Source: Candidatus Saccharimonadota bacterium
Lineage (GTDB): Bacteria; Patescibacteriota; Saccharimonadia; Saccharimonadales; EFPC-124
DNA: 55,615 nucleotides
Reading direction: 5' to 3'
Assembly: GCA_029288315.1 (NCBI GenBank)
Contig: JARIHL010000068.1
Span: 1 to 55,615, forward strand
The notes beneath the pieces are model-generated. The model did no database searches. It saw only the letters and a program-made list of their open reading frames with translations, and was not told where the DNA came from. Below, one piece after another: positions 8,242 through 17,911 of this stretch. Positions within the stretch are counted from its first letter, which is position 1. Each line of letters opens with the position of its first letter. The position numbers were made by a program, and so were the translations under genes.

Positions 8242-8865
8242 ATGAATATAGAAGCAACAACAGAACAGAACAGAAATCAATTTCATGAGTTGCATCATCC
8301 AATACTGATTATAGTAAGAGGCGTACCAGGCAGTGGTAAATCTTATTTAGCTGCCGCCTTACAAGAATCTCTCGGAAAAGAAAATGTAGTAACTCTTGAT
8401 CCTGACTCCATAGATCAAACCAGCAAAGAATATAGTGACTTTTCCAAAGCTTTAACCACAGAAGGAGTCGATACAAAGCTTCACCCCTACAGATTTTCAA
8501 GATCAAAAGCTTATGAGGCAATCGTTGCCCATAAAATTATTATCTGGAATCAACCTTTTATAGATTTTGAGGGATTTAGAAAAACAATCGATAGATTGCA
8601 AACATATGCCGCAGAACACACTACTCAGTTGCCAGCACTTGTTGTAGAGGTTGAAGTTAGTGAGGCCATCGCTAAAAAAAGAGTGATGAGCAGAAAAGAA
8701 CAGGGCGGGCACGGCCCAGCCGAAGATATTTTTGCTTACTTTATAAGCCAATATAAAAGTTTTTCAGAAAAAGGATACACCACCGTAATCGTTCAGGGTG
8801 AAGATGATGTAGCCGTATCTGTATCGGCAGTCAAGAATGCGCTCAGGAAATTACAGGAGAGATAG
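8242..8865 (+). CDS. P-loop NTPase/kinase (AAA_33 / zeta-toxin-like fold), function unknown
   Basis: Walker A GVPGSGKSYLA near the N-terminus. About 200 aa, the size of a small nucleotide/polynucleotide kinase. Confidence 0.55.
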   Translation: MNIEATTEQNRNQFHELHHPILIIVRGVPGSGKSYLAAALQESLGKENVVTLDPDSIDQTSKEYSDFSKALTTEGVDTKLHPYRFSRSKAYEAIVAHKIIIWNQPFIDFEGFRKTIDRLQTYAAEHTTQLPALVVEVEVSEAIAKKRVMSRKEQGGHGPAEDIFAYFISQYKSFSEKGYTTVIVQGEDDVAVSVSAVKNALRKLQER

Positions 8866-8931
8866 CAGCGTTTACATCAGAACAGTATGCGTAAGCCCGT
8901 AATGGCTATCTTAAGGGGCAGGCGCCCCCGC

Positions 8932-9387
8932 CTACATGGCGGGGGCATCGAGCTTCGAAGGAGTGGGGGGTGACGCTATCTCAGTGCGTCTGGGGAATAC
9001 CAGTTTCTCAGCAACCAGAAGATTAATCGTACCCGGCACGATGAGGCTCACCAAATATGCGAGCATATAAGGCATACTCATCCAGACAGTCAGCACCACA
9101 AAGCCTAGTTGGTTCATGATGGTACTGCCTGCTATTAATGCATGAAACCTATACCATTGCTGCCATAAAGTCGTGGTGTGCTCACCTTTCCAGGTAAATT
9201 TCTTGTGGATATAAAAATGCAGTTGAGTTGTGCATGGCATTCTTATTACGTTTGCCAGAACAGGAAACAGACCCGCACCACTCACCAACACCCACAGTAC
9301 CACTCCATTTACTACCGTCATAAAGATGCCGACACCCATAAACTTAAGGGAGTGTTTCATGCGCCCCTTCAGCGCCCGCCAGGTCAT
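8932..9387 (-). CDS. GtrA-family membrane protein
   Basis: Four TM helices beginning LKFMGVGIFMTVVNGVVLWVLV, with an internal HFYIHKKFTW. This is the typical GtrA pattern. The true start may be the internal ATG at 9357. Confidence 0.65.
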   Translation of the reverse strand: MTWRALKGRMKHSLKFMGVGIFMTVVNGVVLWVLVSGAGLFPVLANVIRMPCTTQLHFYIHKKFTWKGEHTTTLWQQWYRFHALIAGSTIMNQLGFVVLTVWMSMPYMLAYLVSLIVPGTINLLVAEKLVFPRRTEIASPPTPSKLDAPAM

Positions 9388-9459
9388 TCGTCCTCCTTAC
9401 GTTGGTCGTGACCGGCTCAAGCTCGTGTAATACAATACCATGAATCTATATATAATCAA

Positions 9460-9553
9460 AAATATTCTGCGCCACCCTCCATTCCTCTGTCAAACGCCGC
9501 CTTCCCGGCGGTGTCACCTGATCTGGAGGAATGGAGGGTGGCGCAGAATATTT
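9460..9553. repeat. 94-bp palindromic element (28-bp perfect arms with an inner GC hairpin)
   Basis: aaatattctgcgccaccctccattcctc (9460-9487) is the exact reverse complement of 9526-9553. The loop contains cgccg-ccttcc-cggcg. It lies downstream of the TolB-like gene and upstream of the GtrA gene. Confidence 0.8.
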
Positions 9554-9600
9554 GGTTGCTTCATTCAGGAAGCGTCGAGCCTCTTTCAGTAATTACACCC

Positions 9601-10614
9601 CTAAGGCCGTGCTTGCCAATTTAACTCATTGCTCTCACCATGAGCGAGCAAGATCAGAGAATTCGCCTCTTCTATATTCAGCGAGAATATATCATCAACT
9701 CGATCTTTACCTACACCATACCCCATAGTAAATACGAGTTTCGTTCCATCGGGTGACCACACTGGCGGCCCAACCTCCTGATAATCACCCTTATCGATTG
9801 GTAGTTGAATAACGCTACCATCATCTTCGCTAATACTTATCGCTTCGCCATCCAGTTCTTCCAAAAAAGCAATTCTAGTACCATCTGGCGACCAGGCCGC
9901 ATTATAACTATCACCATCTGAAATAACTGTCCGCCCACTGCCATCTGGCCATATTGTATAAATCTCATTGTTACTATCGTTATAAAGAATTTTTTTACCA
10001 TTGGGCGACCATGCTACATGCGAGCGTATAGGGTCCGAAAGCTCGACAAGCTTCTTAACCTCACCGCTGCGTAAGTCTTTAATAAAGAGGTTGCTCTGGT
10101 CAGCAGTATATTTTTCGTAAACTAACTTGTTGCCATCGGGTGACCAAGAAGGCGACGCGTACCCAGCATTATTCGCCCAGCCTGTCACATTTATTTCGGT
10201 TGAACCATTTGCCCTGACTATGAATAGCGCACTCTGTTTATTGCTTTCGCGCACAAATGCAATATGCAACCCATCAGGTGACCACATCGGAGAGTGTTCA
10301 TTATAGCCTCGTACCTCTGTTAGCTTCTTCTGACTGCTGCCATTACTATTCATACGATATAATTGGCTACCACGCCAACTTTCAGTCACCAAAACAATTT
10401 TACGACCATCAGGCGACCATACAGGACTACGAGCGTTTTTACGAAGTACTCTGGCATGATCACCATGCCCACTCATTGCCCAAACCATATCTGACCTTGA
10501 AAATACAATAGCACCGTTTTGCCCAGAGAATGTTATTGCCTTAACCGGCATAACATGGAGACTTCCCAGCATCAACCCCATTATAGTCGCCGTATAAAAG
10601 GTCCGACAAATCAC
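9601..10614 (-). CDS. secreted TolB-like beta-propeller protein (PD40/WD40-like repeats)
   Basis: N-terminal signal-like helix, then repeated WSPDG(x)K/R(I/L) units: VWSPDGRKIV, MWSPDGLHIAF, SWSPDGNKLVY, AWSPNGKKILY, AWSPDGTRIAF, VWSPDGTKLVF. Confidence 0.8.
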   Translation of the reverse strand: MICRTFYTATIMGLMLGSLHVMPVKAITFSGQNGAIVFSRSDMVWAMSGHGDHARVLRKNARSPVWSPDGRKIVLVTESWRGSQLYRMNSNGSSQKKLTEVRGYNEHSPMWSPDGLHIAFVRESNKQSALFIVRANGSTEINVTGWANNAGYASPSWSPDGNKLVYEKYTADQSNLFIKDLRSGEVKKLVELSDPIRSHVAWSPNGKKILYNDSNNEIYTIWPDGSGRTVISDGDSYNAAWSPDGTRIAFLEELDGEAISISEDDGSVIQLPIDKGDYQEVGPPVWSPDGTKLVFTMGYGVGKDRVDDIFSLNIEEANSLILLAHGESNELNWQARP

Positions 10615-10888
10615 TATAATTACCCCTTTATTTAGTTGAACGTATGGTAATATAAATTTCCCTCAAAGAGCAAGGGTAGTTTTAAAAATACCTTATGCCC
10701 ACATGATTAATGCTGGCTTTCCTTAAAATCATCTGTGCTCGGTATTTGCATTTAGGGGTTTTGAGCATGTATTTGAATTTTTACCACTTTTATTGTAATT
10801 TATGGAATGAGTTTCACGGTTTTCGTTTTGAACCGTTGATTCTAGATAACCTTTCACCTGGTATACCGCCGATCCGGAAGGAAAGAGA

Positions 10889-12139
10889 GTGACTACCAAA
10901 GATCGTACCTTGCAGCAGGTCATCGCGCTGATGCGCACCGACGAGGTCATGAATACTGGCACCAAGCAAAAGCTAGTCACTACCGCAGGCACGTGCAAGG
11001 TTTCTGACTTGATCAACTTTGACGGAGCGAGCCTGGCCGAGTTTTTGCTCACTACCGACCCTACCCTGACCGATACTTGCGACCTGCTGACTGTATCAGA
11101 ACGTCTATTGCAGGCATTCGGACAAGCTGCAACCACCGCAGGCACTAGTTCACCAGCTACGCAGGCAGTCGATCAGGCCATCAAAGTTCAAGTTGAATTG
11201 CCACGCAACGTTGGTGATATGTCCCTTCGTGAGCTTCTGGAGCTCTTGCGTAGCAACCCTGACCGTGCCGATGAAATCCTGGCCTACGTGCAAGTACAAC
11301 CGCAAGTGGCCAGAGCATGCCGCAAGAGCGAACGCCTCGCCATCCTTCGCGATGGCCAGCTAGATGTCGAGGCCACCCTACGGTACATTACCCATGTGGC
11401 CCGAGACTATACGCAACTAAGCGAATTGTTCGAAGGCGTTCGCCCTACGACATTCGCCAAGGCGGCGGGTACGGATTCGCGGCCCTATATTCACCCCTTT
11501 ACTGGCGAGCCAGTTGAAGGTGCAGATGAACTAGGCTTCGACTTCAGTGCACTGAATGAGGAGCTTCATAACGCCCTCCTCTGGGCGTCGGTAACGAGGC
11601 ACCCCGCCTGGCCGGCAACAATCGACCGTTTCACCATGTCGCAGGAAGTCTTCGAGACGACTTTGCCACGCAGATGGCAGCTTATCCTCGATGCCTATCG
11701 GGCAGCCAAAGCTGACAATGACGAAGTTGCAACTCGCATCAACCGCTACTATCCTAAGGAGTTGATGAGAAGTCTCGGATTGGCTGGCCCTTCCGGGAGC
11801 CGCCACCCTTTCGGTCATGAGTCAAAACGGACCCCAGAGTGGTACGAAGAACAGCTCCGAGCGATTGCCGAAGCGCCCATCAGCGTAATCGGCAGCAACG
11901 TTCACAGACGGCAATGTGTATTGACGTCTGTTTCGACCCAAGGCGGCAACATCCATCTTGGTGACGTCATTCTGCTGGGCAGAGCCGTTACCACTGGTGG
12001 AAATCTCAGCGGCAAAGCCTGCATGCCTACAGGTGTTGGTGCCCACACAGTGGGTGGCGACAACAATCTGCAGGCGTACAACTTCTCGTGGAAGAAGCTC
12101 TACGAGAAAGCTGTTGAGCTTGGCTTGATCGACGTCTGA
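10889..12139 (+). CDS. hypothetical protein (high-GC orphan, no family recognised)
   Basis: 416-aa ORF with a GTG start preceded by GGAAGGAAAGAGA. GC rises abruptly at the start codon and falls after the terminator at 12166-12199. The C-terminus has short GG-containing beta-like repeats (GGNIHLGDVILLGRAVTTGGNLSG). Confidence 0.6.
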   Translation: MTTKDRTLQQVIALMRTDEVMNTGTKQKLVTTAGTCKVSDLINFDGASLAEFLLTTDPTLTDTCDLLTVSERLLQAFGQAATTAGTSSPATQAVDQAIKVQVELPRNVGDMSLRELLELLRSNPDRADEILAYVQVQPQVARACRKSERLAILRDGQLDVEATLRYITHVARDYTQLSELFEGVRPTTFAKAAGTDSRPYIHPFTGEPVEGADELGFDFSALNEELHNALLWASVTRHPAWPATIDRFTMSQEVFETTLPRRWQLILDAYRAAKADNDEVATRINRYYPKELMRSLGLAGPSGSRHPFGHESKRTPEWYEEQLRAIAEAPISVIGSNVHRRQCVLTSVSTQGGNIHLGDVILLGRAVTTGGNLSGKACMPTGVGAHTVGGDNNLQAYNFSWKKLYEKAVELGLIDV

Positions 12140-12165
12140 ACCGCAAAAGCACGACCAGGTAAAGA

Positions 12166-12199
12166 TCAGGAAGGCAGCACTTAATCGCTGCCTTCCTGA
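12166..12199 (+). terminator. hairpin terminator of the high-GC orphan gene
   Basis: 13-bp stem tcaggaaggcagc / gctgccttcctga with an 8-nt loop, 27 nt after the stop codon. Confidence 0.6.
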
Positions 12200-12284
12200 A
12201 TCTTCCAGTTTCTAAATATCCTTATGAATAGCCGTGCAACAAACCCCCTTGGCTGATAAACTATAAGCATAAGGAGAAACAGCC

Positions 12285-14684
12285 TTGACTAATCGCCCTA
12301 TGACGGCGGAATTCGGTTTGTTACGCAAGCTATCGGTCTTGGTTCTTATAGCCGTGCCACTCGTTGCGCTGCTAGGATGGGTGTTTAATGTACCCATTTT
12401 GCGCACTATAGCACCCGGTCTCACTCCTATGAACCCCTTGACGGCAGTATGTTTTTTAACCACTGCCCTCGTCATGTGGTTTTTATTAACTCACCAGGAT
12501 CCTGATAAGGCCACGCCCCGGCAGCGTGCCATCTTGTATTTCGTGGGCGCCGGGTTGGTGCTTGTGGGCGGCTCAGTTATTTTTCGCAGCCTTTTTGGTT
12601 GGCCGCTTAACCCTGATACAATTCTTTTTAGCGAACATCTCGGCACTAACAGAATGGCGCCGAATACCGCCTTAAACTTCTTACTGCTTGGCCTAGCTCT
12701 TATCTGCATGACAACAGTTGCCTTAATTCAATACGGCATTGTACGGATCAGTGCAATGATTGTATTTTCTGTTGCTCTGTCGGCCATTATAGGATATGGA
12801 TTTAATTTATTGCCGCTCTACAGCCTGGGTACGCTCACGCCTATGGCACTCCATACAGCAATCTTGTTCCTTATTATTAGCAGCGGTATGCTGACGGTAC
12901 GCTTTCAAGAGAACGACCTAAATCGCAAAGTCCTCTTGGGTTTGGTGGTTATGCTAACAGCGATTTTGAGTGTTGTGTCGCTTGTGGTTGCAAGTTTTAA
13001 TAGTCAGCACCATCTACAAGACAGAATCACCAAAGCAGAGCAAATCACTACAACAAGTGCCGAACTCTTATCCACCATGAAGGATGCCGAAACAGGTCAA
13101 CGCGGCTATCTGCTCACTGGCAATCAAAACTTCTTGGAACCATATGATTCAGCGGTGGCTCATTATCCAACGTTGCTACAAACGCTTCGCGACATAACCA
13201 AAGATGATCCAGACCAAGCACCGCGCATCGCCGAACTTGAACTACTTATTCAAAGAAAATTTGATTTTATTGCCCTCACTATCACTACCTACCGACAACA
13301 AGACGCTGCTTCCAGTATTGCCATAATTAAAACCAATCAAGGCAAGCTTATTATGGATGCTATTAGAAGGGTGACTGATGAGATATCGCAGAATGCCCGC
13401 ACCGACGCGAGCGCTCTTGTGGCTGCACAACAAGCAACCGATGACCGCACGCTTTACTACATTCAGCTAACGAGCGCTCTGGCGATGGTGCTTATTATTG
13501 GCATTATGCTCCTGCTTATCCGTGAAACCGGTGGTCGTACAAGAGCCGAGCGGGCACTAAGAGAAGAAAGGAACGTGGCCATTGCCGCCAAAGCCAAAGA
13601 CGAAGCGATTCTCTCAAGCATCGGTGATGGTGTGTTCGCACTCGACAGTCATAACCGTATTATCTTATTCAATAAAGCTGCGCAGCATATAAGCGGCTAT
13701 AATGAGCAAGAAGCGCTCGGCAAGCTCTATTCTGATGTCCTGGCTTTCAGTAGCGAAGATGGCAAAACGAAGCACGCTACTTTTATCGAACAGGCACAAC
13801 GTGGGATACAAGCCCAGATGGAAAATCATACTGTGCTTAAAAATAAAGCTGGCGAACTTATTCCAGTTGATGACTCAGCCGCCCCCATTCGTAATGCCGA
13901 TGGTAAGCAGATTGGTATAATTATCGTATTCCGCGATATTACAAAACAACGTCAACTTGAACGAGCAAAAGATGAATTTATCTCACTCGTTTCACATCAA
14001 TTGCGTACACCGCTTACCGCTATTCGGCTGTTTGTCGAAATGCTAAAAGGCGAACAAGTCGGGAAGCTGAATGCGCAACAAAAAGGCTATATCGAAAAAG
14101 TACATCTTTCAACCGAACGAATGATTAAGTTAGTAGGTGATATTCTAAATGTCTCACGTATCGAACTTGGCCGCATAAAAGTCGAACCAACCACAACTGA
14201 TACCAACGCACTTATCTTATCCCATATAGATGAGGTTGCACCATTGGCGAAAGAGAAAAAGGTAGCAATCACCTTTATCCCTCGAAAAGACCTACCCAAG
14301 CTATCGGTCGATCCAATCCTGTTTGGTCAAATTGTCCACAATTTACTGACAAATGCTATTCGATATACGAAAGATAAAGAAGGTAAAGTCAACCTTACCT
14401 TTTTACAAAAAGGAAAGGATTTTGAACTCAGCGTCAAGGATAATGGTATTGGTATCCCAACAGCAGAACAATCACATATCTTTGAACGTTTTTACCGAGC
14501 GGAAAACGCCAAGCAAGCAATCGGTGAAGGTACTGGCCTTGGGCTTTACCTTATAAAACTCATCCTAACAACAGCTGGTGGCGCTATCCGTTTTGAATCA
14601 ACACAAGGAAAAGGCACCACATTTTACGTCACAATTCCTGCAAGCGGCATGAAGCCAAAACGAGGTGACAGGAGTCTAGGTTAA
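12285..14684 (+). CDS. sensor histidine kinase (multi-TM N-terminus, CHASE3, PAS, HisKA, HATPase_c)
   Basis: TTG start 8 nt after AAGGAG. Motifs: CHASE3 signature AETGQRGYLLTGNQNFLEPY, a PAS region (SIGDGVFALDSHNRIILFNKAA), H-box SLVSHQLRTPLTAI, N-box LLTNAIRYT and G-boxes DNGIGIP / GTGLGL. Confidence 0.9.
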   Translation: MTNRPMTAEFGLLRKLSVLVLIAVPLVALLGWVFNVPILRTIAPGLTPMNPLTAVCFLTTALVMWFLLTHQDPDKATPRQRAILYFVGAGLVLVGGSVIFRSLFGWPLNPDTILFSEHLGTNRMAPNTALNFLLLGLALICMTTVALIQYGIVRISAMIVFSVALSAIIGYGFNLLPLYSLGTLTPMALHTAILFLIISSGMLTVRFQENDLNRKVLLGLVVMLTAILSVVSLVVASFNSQHHLQDRITKAEQITTTSAELLSTMKDAETGQRGYLLTGNQNFLEPYDSAVAHYPTLLQTLRDITKDDPDQAPRIAELELLIQRKFDFIALTITTYRQQDAASSIAIIKTNQGKLIMDAIRRVTDEISQNARTDASALVAAQQATDDRTLYYIQLTSALAMVLIIGIMLLLIRETGGRTRAERALREERNVAIAAKAKDEAILSSIGDGVFALDSHNRIILFNKAAQHISGYNEQEALGKLYSDVLAFSSEDGKTKHATFIEQAQRGIQAQMENHTVLKNKAGELIPVDDSAAPIRNADGKQIGIIIVFRDITKQRQLERAKDEFISLVSHQLRTPLTAIRLFVEMLKGEQVGKLNAQQKGYIEKVHLSTERMIKLVGDILNVSRIELGRIKVEPTTTDTNALILSHIDEVAPLAKEKKVAITFIPRKDLPKLSVDPILFGQIVHNLLTNAIRYTKDKEGKVNLTFLQKGKDFELSVKDNGIGIPTAEQSHIFERFYRAENAKQAIGEGTGLGLYLIKLILTTAGGAIRFESTQGKGTTFYVTIPASGMKPKRGDRSLG

Positions 14685-14873
14685 TAACCATAACTTTCAT
14701 CAATCTTAGTTGTTATCTTTAGCCCATCTACATTATTTGTATAGGTTTTATAGTCCAGCACCCATTGGTACAAACGAATTAGCTGTTATTGCAGCCCAGT
14801 TAATTGACTTAATCAATAATAGATTTTATTATATATAAGGTCAGGGTATTACCGCTCATTAAGGAGACCTTTT

Positions 14874-15098
14874 GTGACGGAAAACATTGAGAATGGCAAA
14901 GTGCTTGATGGCAGCGTTATTTCCACTTGTCACAATAGTCCTCTGGATGCTTCACGAGGTGATGGTGTTTCAATTGGCTGGTGTCGACAATGTGGCACGG
15001 CTATCGTCCGCATTAATCCACGCACTCGGGTTGAAGAATACCTCGATGGCCGATCTCCCTGGACAGAACAAGATAATCTCAGGCCAGTCCTACGGTAG
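14874..15098 (+). CDS. small hypothetical protein with a single CxxC
   Basis: 74 aa, GTG start with AAGGAG 7 nt upstream. Contains GWCRQCGTAIVRI. A strong hairpin follows it. Confidence 0.4.
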   Translation: MTENIENGKVLDGSVISTCHNSPLDASRGDGVSIGWCRQCGTAIVRINPRTRVEEYLDGRSPWTEQDNLRPVLR

Positions 15099-15106
15099 CG
15101 GCCCTT

Positions 15107-15149
15107 GCTATCTCCAGGTTTTTCATTCAATGATAAACCTGGAGATAGC
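15107..15149 (+). terminator. hairpin terminator
   Basis: Perfect 15-bp stem gctatctccaggttt / aaacctggagatagc with a 13-nt loop, 9 nt after the stop at 15098. Confidence 0.6.
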
Positions 15150-15292
15150 TGTAAGTATTGAATCACACCACCACGTTCTCCTGGATCAATACCATCTAAA
15201 AGCAGATAAACATAAGCAGCCGATAGTCGTGTTGCTCATGACGATTGCTCGTATATCAAAGGTAATCTAGAATCAAATCCTGAACTCTGAAC

Positions 15293-15907
15293 TCATAACA
15301 GCACTTTATTACTTTGTCTGGCTTTCAAGGCCGTATTCTCAAATACTCGTTTCAGAGCTTCGTAATCTGCTCTGGCTTCTTCCTTCTCGTCTGCAAAGAA
15401 AATCTTAGTGCCGAAATCTCTCTCAATTTTTGCGGTAAACCACCTCTGCCATTCTTCGTAGGTATGACTAGTATCTGGCCGATTCATATAACAAATAACT
15501 GGAAAGAAGTTCGTTTGTAAGTGCCGCATGCCATCCGCAGTGGCTAACACTTTTCCTTCTAGCGCGGTTGGGAGATGTCCTGGATGACAGGAATGAGTAC
15601 GGATAGCCTCAAGGATTTCATCACGCTCATGTTTGCGGAATTCGGCGTTTCTTAGTATTGCTTTAGCCGTTTCCCACGACCATGTGTCAAAATTTGCATG
15701 GTCTCTTTCATAACGGCTGTCGCCTAAGTCGTGAAGCAAAGCAGCACAATACACTTTCTCGGTATCGGCTCCATATTTTTCGGCTAATTGTTTGGCCTTA
15801 TCGGCCACCCATTGCGTGTGATTATGCCACATCCACTCGCCCATGCTGGTTGTGGCTGCTTGGTATAACGTACGAACCTCAGAGAATGTTATTTTGCTTT
15901 TGTCCAT
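15293..15907 (-). CDS. HD-domain phosphohydrolase
   Basis: H...HD signature (WMWHNHTQWV ... CAALLHDLGD) in a 204-aa all-helical protein. Confidence 0.7.
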   Translation of the reverse strand: MDKSKITFSEVRTLYQAATTSMGEWMWHNHTQWVADKAKQLAEKYGADTEKVYCAALLHDLGDSRYERDHANFDTWSWETAKAILRNAEFRKHERDEILEAIRTHSCHPGHLPTALEGKVLATADGMRHLQTNFFPVICYMNRPDTSHTYEEWQRWFTAKIERDFGTKIFFADEKEEARADYEALKRVFENTALKARQSNKVLL

Positions 15908-16059
15908 ATACCAACCATAACAATGCCCGAGAGTTTATAAAATAGTTTTACGAACTCAATTAATAAAGTCGGCGAGGTATTCATAAAAAGCCTCCAAAGT
16001 TGCGGAAGCTTTTATGGTCAGTTAAGTGTTGGGATCAAACGTGACAATAATTTTCAAAT

Positions 16060-16192
16060 GGCAAGTATACCCTACGTCATGGAACGTCAGGCGGAGTGCA
16101 ACTCGGGAATATATACCCAGGTAAATTTTTAAAAATTTACCTGGGTATATATTCCCTAGTGAAGCGTGTCCATGACGTAGGGTATACTTGCC
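16060..16192. mobile_element. MITE copy A (133 bp) with an 8-bp target-site duplication
   Basis: Terminal inverted repeats ggcaagtataccctacgtcatgg / ccatgacgtagggtatacttgcc. The element is flanked by an identical tttcaaat at 16052-16059 and 16193-16200. An internal second palindrome (gggaatatatacccaggtaaattttt / aaaaatttacctgggtatatattccc) is absent from copy B. Confidence 0.85.
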
Positions 16193-16228
16193 TTTCAAAT
16201 ATCTTCTATTATCAAGTACTATAAAATA

Positions 16229-16861
16229 GTGAAAACTTTAGAGTTAAGTAGCGCTAAACATACTGTCGACTTTTTAAACAGGAGAGTGGGTACTGAGAAC
16301 GAAGTTTTACATGGATCTTCACGCCTCGATCTGCCGGAATTACTACCTTATACAACAGATCACCGACGCTTTCATCGCGAGTCTGAACGTGAGCCACTTA
16401 TCTATGCGACCAAGATTGCTGCGATAGCAATTTTTTATGCTACAGTTATGAGACCGGTACGAGATGCGCAGTTTCATCGAGCTTGCGGCACTAAGCCCGA
16501 CCCTGCTAGTGAGTTTGGATATCAATTTCAAATGAGTGATGCCGCGAAAGAGCTTATTAGGCGCCGAGAAAAAGCAGGACTTTGCGGCGCTGTGTACTAT
16601 ATTTCACAGGCCCATTTTCAGCCAGAGGGCATAGAGTGGATCGCGAAAGCGCCTATTCCTAATCCACAGTCAGTAGCAACTACCACTGTCTGTCTTCCTT
16701 TCAATATATGGGATCTTCCCGCTCCTCAAAGTGACCCATGGACACGCGAACATCATGATCAATATGGTACTCCACCAGAGACACAACTAGACGAGGTTAA
16801 TAAAGTGAATATAAGTAGACAAATAGCGCGAACGGCTGTCAGCAATTGTTCTCTTGCATAA
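16229..16861 (+). CDS. hypothetical protein
   Basis: 210-aa ORF with a GTG start and no obvious SD. It begins 29 nt after the MITE target-site duplication. No family recognised. Confidence 0.4.
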   Translation: MKTLELSSAKHTVDFLNRRVGTENEVLHGSSRLDLPELLPYTTDHRRFHRESEREPLIYATKIAAIAIFYATVMRPVRDAQFHRACGTKPDPASEFGYQFQMSDAAKELIRRREKAGLCGAVYYISQAHFQPEGIEWIAKAPIPNPQSVATTTVCLPFNIWDLPAPQSDPWTREHHDQYGTPPETQLDEVNKVNISRQIARTAVSNCSLA

Positions 16862-17513
16862 TATAATCACCGGTCATGCTGTACACTCTATCAACCATAA
16901 TGAGCTTCGCGGATTGTCGCGATGCTCCTCAAGGCACAGCCTCCAGCGAAGTCAAGTTATCCTGTAAATAGCTAGCGAGCACAGCGCCACTATCTCTCGC
17001 AATTTTAGCGCCTCATACATAGTTTCGTGAGCTGATTTATCGAAAAATAGCGCACTTGTGTGCCGGGATGACCCTATAGATATGAGTGTAACTGTAGGAA
17101 ATGCTATGCTGCCCTTGGTGCCGATCAGCCTCAGCCGATTTTTCCTCAACTTCGTTATAGCTGTCAGGGCTTGCCACCAAGCGCCCAACTGGGATGTCAC
17201 CCTATTTTTTAATATGGGTAGTACACCTCCTTACATTTCGGGGTCAAGGTCAGCCCTGGATAGTTACACGAGGCAAAATCAGAATCGAGGCCTTTCTAAC
17301 CTATTAAGTGTTCCAGATATAAAAATAATGTCATAGTGAGCTACACGGGTTCTCAATGGAACGAATTACAAAATAAAGTCTTGATAATTAATCGTAAATG
17401 CGAGAACCCGCTCCTTAGCGGAGCAAGGCTCAACGCATGGAGCGGGGTAGTAGCCGGAAAAAGAGGGGGTCCGCGCAGGCAGTAATTCCACATACCACTT
17501 TTACAAAAGGTGA

Positions 17514-17911
17514 TCAGGATGTTGCCAGCAACTCGTCGAGCAACATCTTCATCGTAGCCAATCCCCGTCCAGCCGACGGATCGTTGGCTGTGCAGAGAAC
17601 CACCCAGACGTGAATGTGCTTCTCGGTCTGGCCCGCCGCTTCGCCCAAGTTGAAGGAGATAATGGCATCGTCACCCATCTCCTCTTTCTGGCGCTCGGCT
17701 TCCAGCATGATGGCGTCCCATGTGCCAACCAGGCTCGAAGCATTCTCGGCATGCTGCCTGGGGATCACAAGTCTGTATCTGCTGGGATCCCATTCCACTA
17801 GTTGGCCGGCGCCTTGTCCTTTCTCAGGGGGATCACCACATATACTTTCTCGTCTTCGGCGATAACCTCCCAGGGCTTCTCCGCAGGAATGCGACAAAGC
17901 ATGCAACTCAT
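17514..17911 (-). pseudogene. HIT-family hydrolase, frameshifted (or assembly indel), high-GC
   Basis: The ATG at 17911 (GGAG 5 nt upstream) opens MSCMLCRIPAEKPWEVIAEDEKVYVVIPLRKDKAPAN-stop. A second frame continues with LVIPRQHAENASSL ... GQTEKHIHVWVV (HIT HxHxH-type motif). The frames switch near the GC run gcgccggcc at about 17805. Confidence 0.6.
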
